From Saprospirales bacterium (GTDB lineage: Bacteria > Bacteroidota > Bacteroidia > Chitinophagales > Saprospiraceae): a DNA stretch of 64,000 nt. The notes under the pieces were generated by a model. It made no database searches. It was given only the letters and a program-made list of their open reading frames with translations, and was not told the origin of the DNA. Numbering within the stretch: the stretch's first letter is position 1; every line of letters begins with the position of its first letter. Shown here in pieces: positions 16,677 through 26,096 of this stretch. The stretch is from assembly GCA_016711045.1 (NCBI GenBank), contig JADJTT010000014.1:12602-76601 (forward strand). Direction: 5' to 3'. The position numbers and the translations under genes are program-made.

Positions 16677-18836
16677 ATGGTTCCCCACAAACTACTCCTA
16701 TGCTGGCTCCTCTCCGGGCTGGCTTTTACGCTTTCCGGACAAGTCTGGATCGGCATAGCCCGCATTCAATCTCAAGGCACTACCGTGTCGGTAAAGGGCA
16801 TTGCCCTGAATGGGCCGGAGTTGGGCGATATCCGCTATATTCAGGATGAGACCGGCGCTATCGCCTTGTATCCCGGCTCGGGCTCGGCGCCGGGGTTGGA
16901 AAACGTGCAGGCCGGCGATGAAGTACTGGTGACGGGAGTGTTGGATCCCTATCAGGGCTTGCTGGAGATTTCTCCGATACTTTCCCTGGACGTTCTTTCC
17001 TCCAACAACCCGTTGCCAGAGGCAAAAATCATTTTCCCGGGCGGTTTTTCCGATCAGATGGAGAGCGAGCATGTGCGCCTGCAGTGCGTCTCCTTTCAGG
17101 CTGCCGGATTCTTTGAAGGCGACCACCTCTATTCCATCAACCACTACGGGGGCATTGGGTATAACCTCTATATCCCGGATGGACATCCGTTGGTCGGGAA
17201 GCCCATTCCTGCTACTCCCGTTGAAATGACGGGTATTCTTTCCCGATACAACACCTTTCGAATGCTGGTCAGAGGAATGGAAGACCTGCCCGAATCGCCT
17301 TGTATGTATTTTACCACGGAGGTTTTTCCGGCAGAGATGGAAACGAATGCCCTGGGATTATTCTGGAAGACCAATGTGCCCTGTGCCTGTTCGGTGCGGT
17401 ATGGCCTTACCCCGGCTATGGGGAGCACGGTTTCGAGTGCCGACCTTTTGCCGGTGCATTCCTTTTCGCTGGACAATCTGACCCCTGCCACCGCTTATTA
17501 TGTGCAGGCATCCTGCCAGTTCAACGGAGTAGAGGTGCCCTCCCCGGTGCGCATTTTTTCCACAGTATCGACCTCTTCCGGCCTTATCGAGGTCTATTTC
17601 AATAAATCGACAGATCCGCTGTTCTCTACGGGCACATTTCCGGCAGGCAGTTCTTATCAGGCACTGGAGGCCGCCATGCTGGCGCGGATTGATGCCGCCA
17701 AAGAAAGTATCGATGTGGCGGTTTACAATGCCAATATTACCGACTGGATCGACGCCCTGAAGGCAGCGCATAGCAGGGGCGTACAAATTCGCTATATTTT
17801 TGAAGATCAGTCCACAAACAGCGCGCTGTCGGGATCGCTGCCCTTTCCGATTATGGCGGGCAATGCAGATGCCCTGATGCACAATAAATTTCTGGTCATC
17901 GATGCGGAATTGCCCGACGAAGCCTATGTGATCACCGGCTCCATGAACTGGACCAGTAGCGGGTGGAAGACGGATTTTAACAACCAGTTGATCATACAAG
18001 ACCAGGCGCTGGCACGGGCTTACCGGACAGAGTTCGAGGAAATGTGGGGATCCAGCGGCTTGATGCCCAATATTCAAACCTCCCGGTATGGGCCGGCAAA
18101 ACTGGAAAATACGCCTTCTGTATTCAAGATCGGCGGCCGGGTCGTGGAGAGTTTTTTTACCCCCTCCCAAAGGCTGGTCCCCCTTCTGGTCGACCGCATC
18201 GGTTCGGCGGAGACGGATCTCGAGTGCGGCTTATTCATCCTGACCCGGGATGAATTGGCTGCCGCCGTCAAAGATGCCTGGTTTGATGGGGTGGATGTGC
18301 GGGTTATTATCGAGGACGCCAATATCTCCGGTTCCGATTTCAACTTCTTGCTAAGCCAGGGCGTACCGGTGCAGGCACATAAAGACTATGGCCTCTTTCA
18401 CCACAAATACGCCATAATTGACGCGGACTTGCCCGATTCAGACCCCATGGTAATTACCGGTTCTTACAATTGGACGGCAGCTGCGACCAACGAGAACGAT
18501 GAGAATCTGCTGATCATCCACGATGCGACGATCGCCAATTTATTTTTGCAGGAGTTTGAAGCCAGGTGGGAAGAGGTAGTAGCGACAACGGAGCTGGGGA
18601 ATCCATCTGATGGCTTCATCCTGTTTCCAAACCCCGCTTCGGGGGAATTTTGGGTTCGCTGGGACGGGCCTCATTCAGAAGAAGCCTTTTTTCGGCTTTG
18701 GGATGGGAAAGGCCAATTTATCAAAGAAATGGACGCGGGGCAATGCGCGGTAAGCGGCCTGAGCCCCGGTATATATTGGCTTACCTGCCACCTGCCGGAT
18801 GGAGAAACGTTTTCCAAAAAGATCCTCATCCATTGA
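16677..18836 (+). CDS. Secreted phospholipase-D/Nuc-superfamily protein (two HKD motifs) with an OB-fold-like N-terminal module and a T9SS C-terminal sorting domain
   Basis: Signal peptide. VSVKGIALNG...IRYIQDETGAIALY...GLLEI is OB-like. HKD motifs are HNKFLVID...GSMNWT and HHKYAIID...GSYNWT. The C-terminal FILFPNPASGEFWVRW...KKILIH is a T9SS CTD. Confidence 0.8.
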   Translation: MVPHKLLLCWLLSGLAFTLSGQVWIGIARIQSQGTTVSVKGIALNGPELGDIRYIQDETGAIALYPGSGSAPGLENVQAGDEVLVTGVLDPYQGLLEISPILSLDVLSSNNPLPEAKIIFPGGFSDQMESEHVRLQCVSFQAAGFFEGDHLYSINHYGGIGYNLYIPDGHPLVGKPIPATPVEMTGILSRYNTFRMLVRGMEDLPESPCMYFTTEVFPAEMETNALGLFWKTNVPCACSVRYGLTPAMGSTVSSADLLPVHSFSLDNLTPATAYYVQASCQFNGVEVPSPVRIFSTVSTSSGLIEVYFNKSTDPLFSTGTFPAGSSYQALEAAMLARIDAAKESIDVAVYNANITDWIDALKAAHSRGVQIRYIFEDQSTNSALSGSLPFPIMAGNADALMHNKFLVIDAELPDEAYVITGSMNWTSSGWKTDFNNQLIIQDQALARAYRTEFEEMWGSSGLMPNIQTSRYGPAKLENTPSVFKIGGRVVESFFTPSQRLVPLLVDRIGSAETDLECGLFILTRDELAAAVKDAWFDGVDVRVIIEDANISGSDFNFLLSQGVPVQAHKDYGLFHHKYAIIDADLPDSDPMVITGSYNWTAAATNENDENLLIIHDATIANLFLQEFEARWEEVVATTELGNPSDGFILFPNPASGEFWVRWDGPHSEEAFFRLWDGKGQFIKEMDAGQCAVSGLSPGIYWLTCHLPDGETFSKKILIH

Positions 18837-18839
18837 TCA

Positions 18840-19553
18840 ATGCCTAAGGATCGATTTCGCTTTCAGCAGTTTACCATCTTGCAGGATCGTTGCCTGATGA
18901 AGGTCGGTACCGATGGCGTATTACTGGGCGCCTGGACACCGGTGGAAGGCGCAAAGACGATCCTCGACATTGGAACCGGTACGGGGCTGATTGCCCTCAT
19001 GCTGGCACAACGAGCGCCCGGGGCCCTCATTCATGCGGTAGAACTGGATGCCCCAAGCGCGGAGCAGGCGGCCGAGAATGCAACTGCCTCGCCCTGGGGC
19101 GACCGCGTATCGGTCATCCCGCAGGGCATTCAGGAATATGCCTTGCATGCAACTACCCGGTATGACCTGATCGTAAGCAATCCGCCTTTCTTCTATGGCG
19201 GGTTGAAATCGCCCAGGGCCGAACGTAACCGCGTGCGGCATGCGGAAACCCTTACGTTTGGAGAGCTGCTCAAGACCGTCGCCCACCTGCTGGCGCCGAC
19301 CGGCCGTTTTTGTGTGATCCTTCCCCAGGCAGAAGGCACGGCCTTTCAACAAATTGCCTTGTCATTTGGCCTGTTCCACACCCGCATCCGGGAGGTATGC
19401 GGCAGATCCGGCAAACCGGTGGAACGGCTCCTGCTTCAATTTGAACGGGAAAGTCGCCCCGTACTTCGGGAACCGTTGCTATCCATTTATGACGAAACCC
19501 CTGGAATCTGGACGGAGGCGTTCAACGCGTTGACAGGAGGGTATTATTTGTAG
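18840..19553 (+). CDS. tRNA1(Val) (adenine37-N6)-methyltransferase, TrmN6/YfiC-like
   Basis: FRFQQFTILQDRCLMKVGTDGVLLGAW, the SAM motif ILDIGTGTGLIALMLAQR, and the catalytic NPPF (VSNPPFF). Confidence 0.8.
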   Translation: MPKDRFRFQQFTILQDRCLMKVGTDGVLLGAWTPVEGAKTILDIGTGTGLIALMLAQRAPGALIHAVELDAPSAEQAAENATASPWGDRVSVIPQGIQEYALHATTRYDLIVSNPPFFYGGLKSPRAERNRVRHAETLTFGELLKTVAHLLAPTGRFCVILPQAEGTAFQQIALSFGLFHTRIREVCGRSGKPVERLLLQFERESRPVLREPLLSIYDETPGIWTEAFNALTGGYYL

Positions 19554-19590
19554 GGTGAAAAATCTTTTCACCTTACATCTGCCGGCACAA

Positions 19591-19633
19591 AAAAAAACGG
19601 GAAACTCCGCAAGCGCCGAGCTTCCCGTTTGTT
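19591..19633. terminator. Bidirectional terminator between convergent genes
   Basis: An A-run, the stem aaacgggaa/ttcccgttt with inner ctc/gag pairing, then a T-run. Confidence 0.6.
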
Positions 19634-19725
19634 CCCAGGACTGGGAGTTTTTGGGAGGGATGGTTAAAATAAGCCCCGGAATGGGGTAAAACAAACTGAA
19701 GAGGGGATCCCAAAGGGGATTTCTA

Positions 19726-19977
19726 TCAAGATTGTTCAGTTTCCTCCAAAATTTTCAATGCCAAGTCCCATATCCGAGTATCTTTCAAATCTACTGCGCC
19801 GCCATTTGGGCCTGGTTCGAGGTGAAAATCGACTACATCGCCTTCGTCATAGTGATCCCCGCCGAAATAATTCCGTACGGTCTGCTCGGAAAGGTCCAAT
19901 TCCTTCGCAATGCGACTGACGCTTCCGGTAGGGAGGCGATGCTTGATTTCTCTCAGTTCATTGAAAGTAATTACCAT
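19726..19977 (-). CDS. Small (83 aa) putative helix-turn-helix DNA-binding protein
   Basis: GSVSRIAKELDLSEQTVRNYF resembles an HTH. It is an isolated gene followed upstream by a 336-nt AT-rich gap. Confidence 0.5.
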   Translation of the reverse strand: MVITFNELREIKHRLPTGSVSRIAKELDLSEQTVRNYFGGDHYDEGDVVDFHLEPGPNGGAVDLKDTRIWDLALKILEETEQS

Positions 19978-20275
19978 TGTGTTGTTGTTTTAGTGAAGCA
20001 ATGCCAGGGGCTAACCCTATTGTCTGGAAAGTTAAAAAAAGCTGCATAAAATTCAAAGTTCATTATGGGGTAAAGCCACTTTTTTTTCTTTTTCCCGTTG
20101 TTTTCAAAGGCTCTGAAAAGAATAAAATATTTTTGTATAATAATTTTTTAAATTTGAAATTATTGTACCTTCACCTTAAATATCCACTCCAGCTTTTCTC
20201 CGGTGCGCATACCCCGGAGTAGGGCATATTTCCTATTTCCAATTTTAAGTGACATCTACCCAACATTTCGAAGGT

Positions 20276-20315
20276 AAGCCCTCCCGGGATTGGAGTTCCC
20301 GGGGGGGCTTTTTTT
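20276..20315 (+). terminator. Strong GC hairpin followed by a T-run, plus-strand oriented, abutting the GT2 stop
   Basis: Stem 20276-20289 pairs with 20297-20310 (core cccggga/tcccggg, 7-nt loop), then ttttt. Confidence 0.5.
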
Positions 20316-21189
20316 AAATTTTCAGAGTATTCAGGTACCCCAATTTATAAAAATCGAACAAGCGCAAGCTTGGGTGTTTGGTGCCAAACTGCCATTCCAT
20401 CGCTTTTCTCCCGAGGATGAACAAGCCGGCGAGCAACCAGGATAAAGGGCGGAGTTTCCAATAGGCCTGGAGGAGGCGGGAACCCAACTCCGGATTCTTT
20501 TTGGCGAGATAGGCGAGGTTTTCAATGCCCTGCCGGGTCTTTTTCAGGAAAATATCAGTGGGCTCTACATCCAGGTGCAACAAGGCTGTGTCGATGTGGA
20601 CTACGGGAATGTTGCGCTTGCGAAGCTCATACCCGAATTGGGTGTCTTCATGCCCGTATTGCCGGAGGGACTCGTCGAGCAGGATATCAAGAAACAGTTC
20701 CCTGGGGCAGAGAAAATGAAAGGTACAGAACGCGTCGTAGGGCAGGCGATTTCGCTCGGCGGCGGGCCGTTGCTCGCGGGTACGGCCATAGTGCCAGTGG
20801 AAAAAACGGGTTGGATCCGTGGGAGGAGTGTCTTCGTACGCCCGGGTACCCACCACTACCTGGCCTGGTCTGCAGGCAGTCAGGTAGGCTGAAAGAAAGT
20901 TGGTACCAACAGGCATTCCATCGCAATCCATGAAGAGCAGGCAGGGAAAATTCGCTTCCTGGGCCAACCTGTTTCGGATTTGGGCGCGCCCAATGTTTTT
21001 AGGCAACTCTTCATAGCGAACTCCCGTCCAGGTGCTTATTTCCCTGTTTTTTTCCCGCCAGGCCTCCGGAGAACCATCGTCCAGGCAGATAATCTCCCAT
21101 GCTTCCGGTAGCCGTGAAGCTTGTTCCAGCAAAGCTTGAACGAGCGGACGGACGTCAAATTGGTATACCGGAATTAAAATCGATAGCAT
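20314..21189 (-). CDS. Glycosyltransferase family 2
   Basis: MLSILIPVYQ..., the DDGS motif (ICLDDGSPE) and LFMDCDG (DxD-like) are typical of a GT-A fold GT2. Confidence 0.8.
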   Translation of the reverse strand: MLSILIPVYQFDVRPLVQALLEQASRLPEAWEIICLDDGSPEAWREKNREISTWTGVRYEELPKNIGRAQIRNRLAQEANFPCLLFMDCDGMPVGTNFLSAYLTACRPGQVVVGTRAYEDTPPTDPTRFFHWHYGRTREQRPAAERNRLPYDAFCTFHFLCPRELFLDILLDESLRQYGHEDTQFGYELRKRNIPVVHIDTALLHLDVEPTDIFLKKTRQGIENLAYLAKKNPELGSRLLQAYWKLRPLSWLLAGLFILGRKAMEWQFGTKHPSLRLFDFYKLGYLNTLKI

Positions 21190-21360
21190 GAGATCGGGAC
21201 AAAGCCCTATTTTTACAGAAATTTTTGTAAAGATACCCTGAAAGAAGAAGATTTTCTTACTTTCAAATAGAACTGAAAGTTTCGAAAGTTGTTATCACTG
21301 GATATTATTAACGTAAAAGGCGTTCGGCGTTGGTAGTTGCCTTACTAAAAACAACCTGTT

Positions 21361-22559
21361 ATGCAAGATAACACACAGATGGAAGTCCTGCTAAACGATG
21401 CGGGATTGGACCCCAACCTGAAATCCATTGCGGAGAAAGTCAATCAGGGGAACGCATAAATGAAGCGGAATGCCTCTATTTATATGAATATGCGCCCTTG
21501 TCCTATACGGGGGTGTTGGCGAATTTTATCCGGGAAAAGAAACATGGAGATAATACCTATTTCAACCGGAACTTTCATATAGAGCCTACCAATGTATGTC
21601 TGTACACCTGCACCTTTTGTTCTTACTCGCGCCTGATCAAGAAGCGGGAAGAGGGGTGGGAATACTCCCTGGAAGACATCCTGAATATTGTCCGGAATTA
21701 CGACGACCAGCCCGTCACGGAGGTTCATATCGTCGGAGGGGTATTGCCGCAATACGACGTGGAGTTTTACAGCGAACTGTTTCGCCAGATCCATGCCCAC
21801 AGGCCTTCTCTGCATGTCAAGGCCCTCACACCGGTGGAGTACCACTATATGTTCAAAAAAGCGAAGATGGATTATGCCACGGGCATGCGGCTCATGAAAG
21901 AGGCGGGCCTCGACTCTATGCCGGGTGGCGGCGCAGAGATCTTCCACCCCGAGATCCGCGATCAGATCGCAGGCGGAAAATGCTCGGGCGAACAGTGGCT
22001 GCAGATCCACGAAGAATGGCACAAACTGGGCATGCGCTCCAATGCGACCATCTTATATGGGCATATCGAAAAATACGAACACCGGGTGCACCATATGCAG
22101 TTGCTGCGGGAATTGCAGGACAAAACCGGGGGCTTCCAAACCTATATTCCGTTGAAATTCCGCAATAAAGACAACCAAATGTCCCATGTGCCGGAAACCA
22201 CCGTGGTGGAAGACCTGCGCAATTATGCCATCAGCCGGATCTACCTCGACAACTTCGACCACCTTAAAGCCTATTGGCCTATGATCAGCCGCCAGGTGGC
22301 GCAATTGTCGCTCTCCTTTGGCGTAGACGATATCGACGGCACGATCGACGATACGACCAAGATCTATTCGATGGCCGGTTCTGAAGAACAAACCCCGGCC
22401 ATGAGCACCCGCGACCTGGTCGATTTGATTAAAAAAGTGGGCCGGAAGCCGATCGAACGCGATACATTGTACGGGATCGTGCAGGACTATTCCGACCATG
22501 TTTTTGAAGGAGAGGAAACTTTTAAGGGATATTTCTCGTTGCCAGTAGTCGGAAAGTGA
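21361..22559 (+). pseudogene. Radical-SAM menaquinone (futalosine pathway) enzyme of the MqnE/MqnC (CofH-like) family, with a -1 frame break near the 5' end
   Basis: ATG at 21361 gives MQDNTQMEVLLNDAGLDPNLKSIAEKVNQG. The frame is then lost in the G4 run 21447-21450. The other frame continues ERINEAECLYLYEYAPLSYTG...NFHIEPTNVCLYTCTFCSY (CxxxCxxC)...GGGAEIF...IPLKF. Confidence 0.8.
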
Positions 22560-22594
22560 TTTGGTTGTAGCGTTTATAAGGGTATCAGTTTTTT

Positions 22595-23215
22595 ATGGAA
22601 AAACAAATCTATATCATTCGACATGGCGAAACGGAATACAACCGCAAAGGCATTGTACAAGGTAGCGGGATAGACTCGGACCTCAATGACCTTGGGCGCT
22701 CACAAGCCTGGGCATTTTACGAACACTATCAGGATCACCCGTTCGAGGTAGTGCTCACTTCCCGGCTTAAACGTACCCATCAGACCGTAGAACCCTTTTT
22801 GCGACTCGGATTGCCCTGGGAGCAATTCGAAGAGATCAATGAAATTTCGTGGGGCGAATTGGACGGAAGTCCCAGTTCGCCGGAAATGCATGCCATATAC
22901 CGGAAAGTGGTAGGGGAGTGGCGAAAAGGAAACCTGGCAGCCCGGCACGGCGATGGAGAAAGTGCCGAGGAAATGGGCGCCCGCCTGCACCGCTTCGTCA
23001 CCCACCTGCGGCAACGCCGGGAGGAGCGGGTGCTGATCTGTTCGCACGGGAGAGCCATTCGCGCCATGATCTGTTTATTACTGGAAAAACCGCTCAGCCA
23101 GATGGATGCGTTTGGACACGAAAACACTGGCCTTTACCAATTGAACTTCAGCGACGGGGCTTTTCACCTGCAACTGGCAAACGACACCCGGCACCTTCAT
23201 ACCGTAGAACGCTAA
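22595..23215 (+). CDS. Histidine phosphatase (phosphoglycerate-mutase-like) family protein
   Basis: IYIIRHGETEYN (RHG motif) and CSHGRAIR (the second catalytic His). Confidence 0.85.
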   Translation: MEKQIYIIRHGETEYNRKGIVQGSGIDSDLNDLGRSQAWAFYEHYQDHPFEVVLTSRLKRTHQTVEPFLRLGLPWEQFEEINEISWGELDGSPSSPEMHAIYRKVVGEWRKGNLAARHGDGESAEEMGARLHRFVTHLRQRREERVLICSHGRAIRAMICLLLEKPLSQMDAFGHENTGLYQLNFSDGAFHLQLANDTRHLHTVER

Positions 23216-23221
23216 CTATCC

Positions 23222-24007
23222 ATGGAGCCATTAAATGTAACGGCAGTAAGTTACCTCAATACCAAGCCATTTCTGTATGGGATTTTTCGCAAAAAGATGG
23301 ATCATCTGATCCACCTGGAGCTGGATATTCCCTCCGTTTGCGCGCAGAAGCTGGCCAGTGGAGAAGCCGACCTGGGGTTGGTGCCGGTAGCGGTATTACC
23401 CAGTTTACCTACCCCGTACCTGATTTCCGACTATTGCATCGGCGCAGTTGGCGCGGTAAAAACGGTGTGTGTGTTCAGCCATGTGCCGATCGAAAAGCTA
23501 ACCCATCTGTACCTGGATTATCATTCCCGCACGTCCGTAGAACTGGTGCAGATCCTGATGCGGGAATACTGGAAGGTGGCCCCGGAACTCATCCCTGCCC
23601 AGCCGGGTTTCGAGCAGCAGGTCCGTGGCACCCATGGCGCGCTGATCATTGGAGACCGGGCCATCGGGTTGGAAGAAACGTACCCGTATGTATATGACCT
23701 GGGGCAGGCCTGGATGGACTTCACCGGGTTGCCATTTGTGTTCGCGGCCTGGGTGAGCAATAAGCCACTCGATCCCGAATTTATCGCCGAGTTCAACCAA
23801 GCCCTGCTGGCGGGCATCGAATCCATACCTCAACTCATTTACCTCATTCCGTCCCCGCACCCCAACTTCGATCTGCAGACTTACTTTACCCGCTATATCA
23901 GCTACCCGCTCGATGGGGAAAAGCGAAAGGGATTGGAGTTATTCCTCCGCTATCTCGACCCGCGCTTTGCAGGTGTACACGACGGGATGCTGGCCTGGAA
24001 GGATTGA
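23222..24007 (+). CDS. mqnA: Chorismate dehydratase MqnA-like (futalosine pathway)
   Basis: VSYLNTKPFLYG...GEADLGLVPV...GDRA... periplasmic-binding-protein-like fold, characteristic of the MqnA/MqnD family. It lies next to the MqnE/C-like gene. Confidence 0.75.
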   Translation: MEPLNVTAVSYLNTKPFLYGIFRKKMDHLIHLELDIPSVCAQKLASGEADLGLVPVAVLPSLPTPYLISDYCIGAVGAVKTVCVFSHVPIEKLTHLYLDYHSRTSVELVQILMREYWKVAPELIPAQPGFEQQVRGTHGALIIGDRAIGLEETYPYVYDLGQAWMDFTGLPFVFAAWVSNKPLDPEFIAEFNQALLAGIESIPQLIYLIPSPHPNFDLQTYFTRYISYPLDGEKRKGLELFLRYLDPRFAGVHDGMLAWKD

Positions 24008-24059
24008 TTCCTTTTTCGCAACTTTTCAGCGTAGAAGCCGTTATCTCCTAAAAACGCGC

Positions 24060-24736
24060 ATGTACAAACTATTTTTATTGGCAGGGATCACCGGGATGGC
24101 CTTTTTGGCTTGTTCTTCCAGTGCTTCTCCTGTATCTGAAGAAGCAAAATTTACCCCTATGACCTCTTCCTTGGATTCCATTCCTGCGGATCAATTGGAC
24201 ACAGCCACGCTGGGCGGCGGCTGTTTTTGGTGTGTAGAAGCCGTGCTGCAACAAGTGGAAGGCATCTATTCCGTCGTCTCCGGCTATTCCGGGGGCAAAG
24301 CCGATGAAGCTGATTATGAGACGGTCAGTTCCGGACTCACCCGCCATGCCGAGGTCGTGCAGGTGTACTTCAATCCACAAGTGATCTCCTTTGAAGAGGT
24401 ACTCGAGATCTTTTGGAGTACGCACAATCCAACCACCCCAACCGGCAGGGCAATGATGTGGGGCCCCAATACCGGTCGGTGATCTTTTACCACAACGAGG
24501 CCCAAAAAGCGGTGGCCGAACAATCCAAAAAAGAAATAGCCACTCAGTTTTGGGACGGCCCCATTATCACCGAGATCAGCCCATTCACCGGATTCTGGGA
24601 GGCAGAAGAATACCATCAGAATTATTACGAACAGGTGGGCGACCGCAATCCCTACTGCACCTATATCATTACGCCCAAAGTGCAGAAGTTGAAAAAGCTG
24701 TATAACGATAAGTTGAAAGAAGCGTATCGACAGTAG
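24060..24736 (+). pseudogene. msrA: Peptide-methionine (S)-S-oxide reductase MsrA (lipoprotein form) with a -1 frame break
   Basis: Lipobox LACSSS and the active site GGGCFWCVEA. The frame is lost at the C4/A2 run 24436-24441 (..FWSTHNPTT | NRQGNDVGPQYRSVIFYHNEAQK...). Confidence 0.85.
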
Positions 24737-24772
24737 TTGAAGAGCCGGCATCGGGCCGGCTCTTCAACTTTT
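24737..24772 (+). terminator. Rho-independent terminator of msrA
   Basis: gttgaagagccgg/ccggctcttcaac: 13-bp stem followed by tttt. Confidence 0.75.
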
Positions 24773-24857
24773 CTATTATAAAAGACAATTATCATTGGCT
24801 GGTCTGGGAAAAATTCCTAATTTCCCGCGTCTTTTTAACTGAAACCTACCAATAGCC

Positions 24858-25946
24858 ATGATCTTAGGAATTCCAAAAGAAACGAATGATAGACGGGTGG
24901 CCTTTGCCCCCGCAACCTTGGCCAAGGCGGTCAAGGAATTAGGTGTAGAAGCCTGGGTGGAAACCGGCGCTGGAACAGCGTCTTCTTTCCCTGATGCTTC
25001 CTTCACGGATACGGCGAAGGTCGTTAGCCGCGCCGAATTGCTCAAAAATGCAGACATCATCGTCAGCATCAATCCGCTCCCGGAGTCGGAATGGAAATTA
25101 CTGAAAAAAGATGCGATGGTCATTTCGCGCTTTGAGCCTTTCATCAAGCCCGAAGTGGTCGGTAAACTTCAGGACGCCGGCCTTCGTGCCTGTAGCCTGG
25201 ACATGATCCCGCGTACCACCCTGGCTCAGTCCATGGACGTGTTGTCTTCCCTGGCTTCTATTGCAGGCTACAAAGCCGTGTTGGAGGCTGCACATTTCCT
25301 TCCCCGCTATTTCCCCATGCTTATCACCGCCGCAGGTAGTGTGAAACCTTCTACGGTATTGGTATTGGGTGCAGGGGTGGCCGGCCTCCAGGCTATCGCC
25401 ACCGCCAAGCGTCTCGGTGCCATTGTAGAAGCCTCCGATACCCGCCTGGCGGCAAAAGAAGAAGTGGAGAGTTTGGGCGGACGTTTTATTATGGTCGAAG
25501 GCGCATCAGACGACACTTCTGCCGGTGGCTATGCCGTCGAGCAGTCGGAAGACTTCCTGAAGCGGCAGCGTGAAGAAGTGCAGGCGCGGGCTGCAAAGGC
25601 CGACGTTATTATCACCACCGCGCAGGTGCGCGGCCGCAAAGCGCCCATGCTGCTTCCAGCGGATACCGTCAATAAAATGAAGCCGGGCTCCGTGATCATC
25701 GACCTGGCAGCCTCTACTGGCGGGAACTGTGAGCTGACCAAAGACGGGGAAGTCATTATGCACAACGGCGTGATTATCGTTGGCAACTCGGACCTTTCCC
25801 AGGATTTGCCGCAAGATGCCAGCTTCCTGTTCGGCAACAACGTGCTGAACTACATGAAGCTTTTTGTCAAAGGCGGTGAGTTTCAAATTGATGAATCCAA
25901 TGTGATTATTTCGCAGTCCTTTATTACGGCTGCAGTGAACGCATAG
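24858..25946 (+). CDS. pntAA: NAD(P) transhydrogenase alpha subunit part 1 (dI, PntAA-like; alanine-dehydrogenase/PNT fold)
   Basis: MILGIPKETNDRRVAFAPATLAKAVKELGVEAWVETGAGTASSFPD... and the Rossmann motif VLVLGAGVAGLQAI. No TM segments. No pntAB or pntB is adjacent. Confidence 0.75.
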   Translation: MILGIPKETNDRRVAFAPATLAKAVKELGVEAWVETGAGTASSFPDASFTDTAKVVSRAELLKNADIIVSINPLPESEWKLLKKDAMVISRFEPFIKPEVVGKLQDAGLRACSLDMIPRTTLAQSMDVLSSLASIAGYKAVLEAAHFLPRYFPMLITAAGSVKPSTVLVLGAGVAGLQAIATAKRLGAIVEASDTRLAAKEEVESLGGRFIMVEGASDDTSAGGYAVEQSEDFLKRQREEVQARAAKADVIITTAQVRGRKAPMLLPADTVNKMKPGSVIIDLAASTGGNCELTKDGEVIMHNGVIIVGNSDLSQDLPQDASFLFGNNVLNYMKLFVKGGEFQIDESNVIISQSFITAAVNA

Positions 25947-26042
25947 TTTTTTGTTCTCGCAACTACAATCATCGATTCAGGGGGAGGCGTGTAGATCGCG
26001 CTTCCCCCTGTCGTTTTTTGTTCAAAAAAATCAAAATATCAT

Positions 26043-26050
26043 TATATTTG
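26043..26050 (+). promoter_or_regulatory. Candidate Bacteroidota -7 promoter box (TAnnTTTG) for the ArsR gene
   Basis: TATATTTG lies 47 nt upstream of the ATG at 26097. This is a motif match only. Confidence 0.35.
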
Positions 26051-26096
26051 TATATCCACATCTGACACCCGGCCATTGGGTGTATATCCCTATTGT

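Noticed and set aside
19977-20222. 81-aa plus-strand ORF in the AT-rich gap.
   Set aside because: The translation is low-complexity (F/L/K-rich) in an AT-rich non-coding-looking region, with no supporting features.
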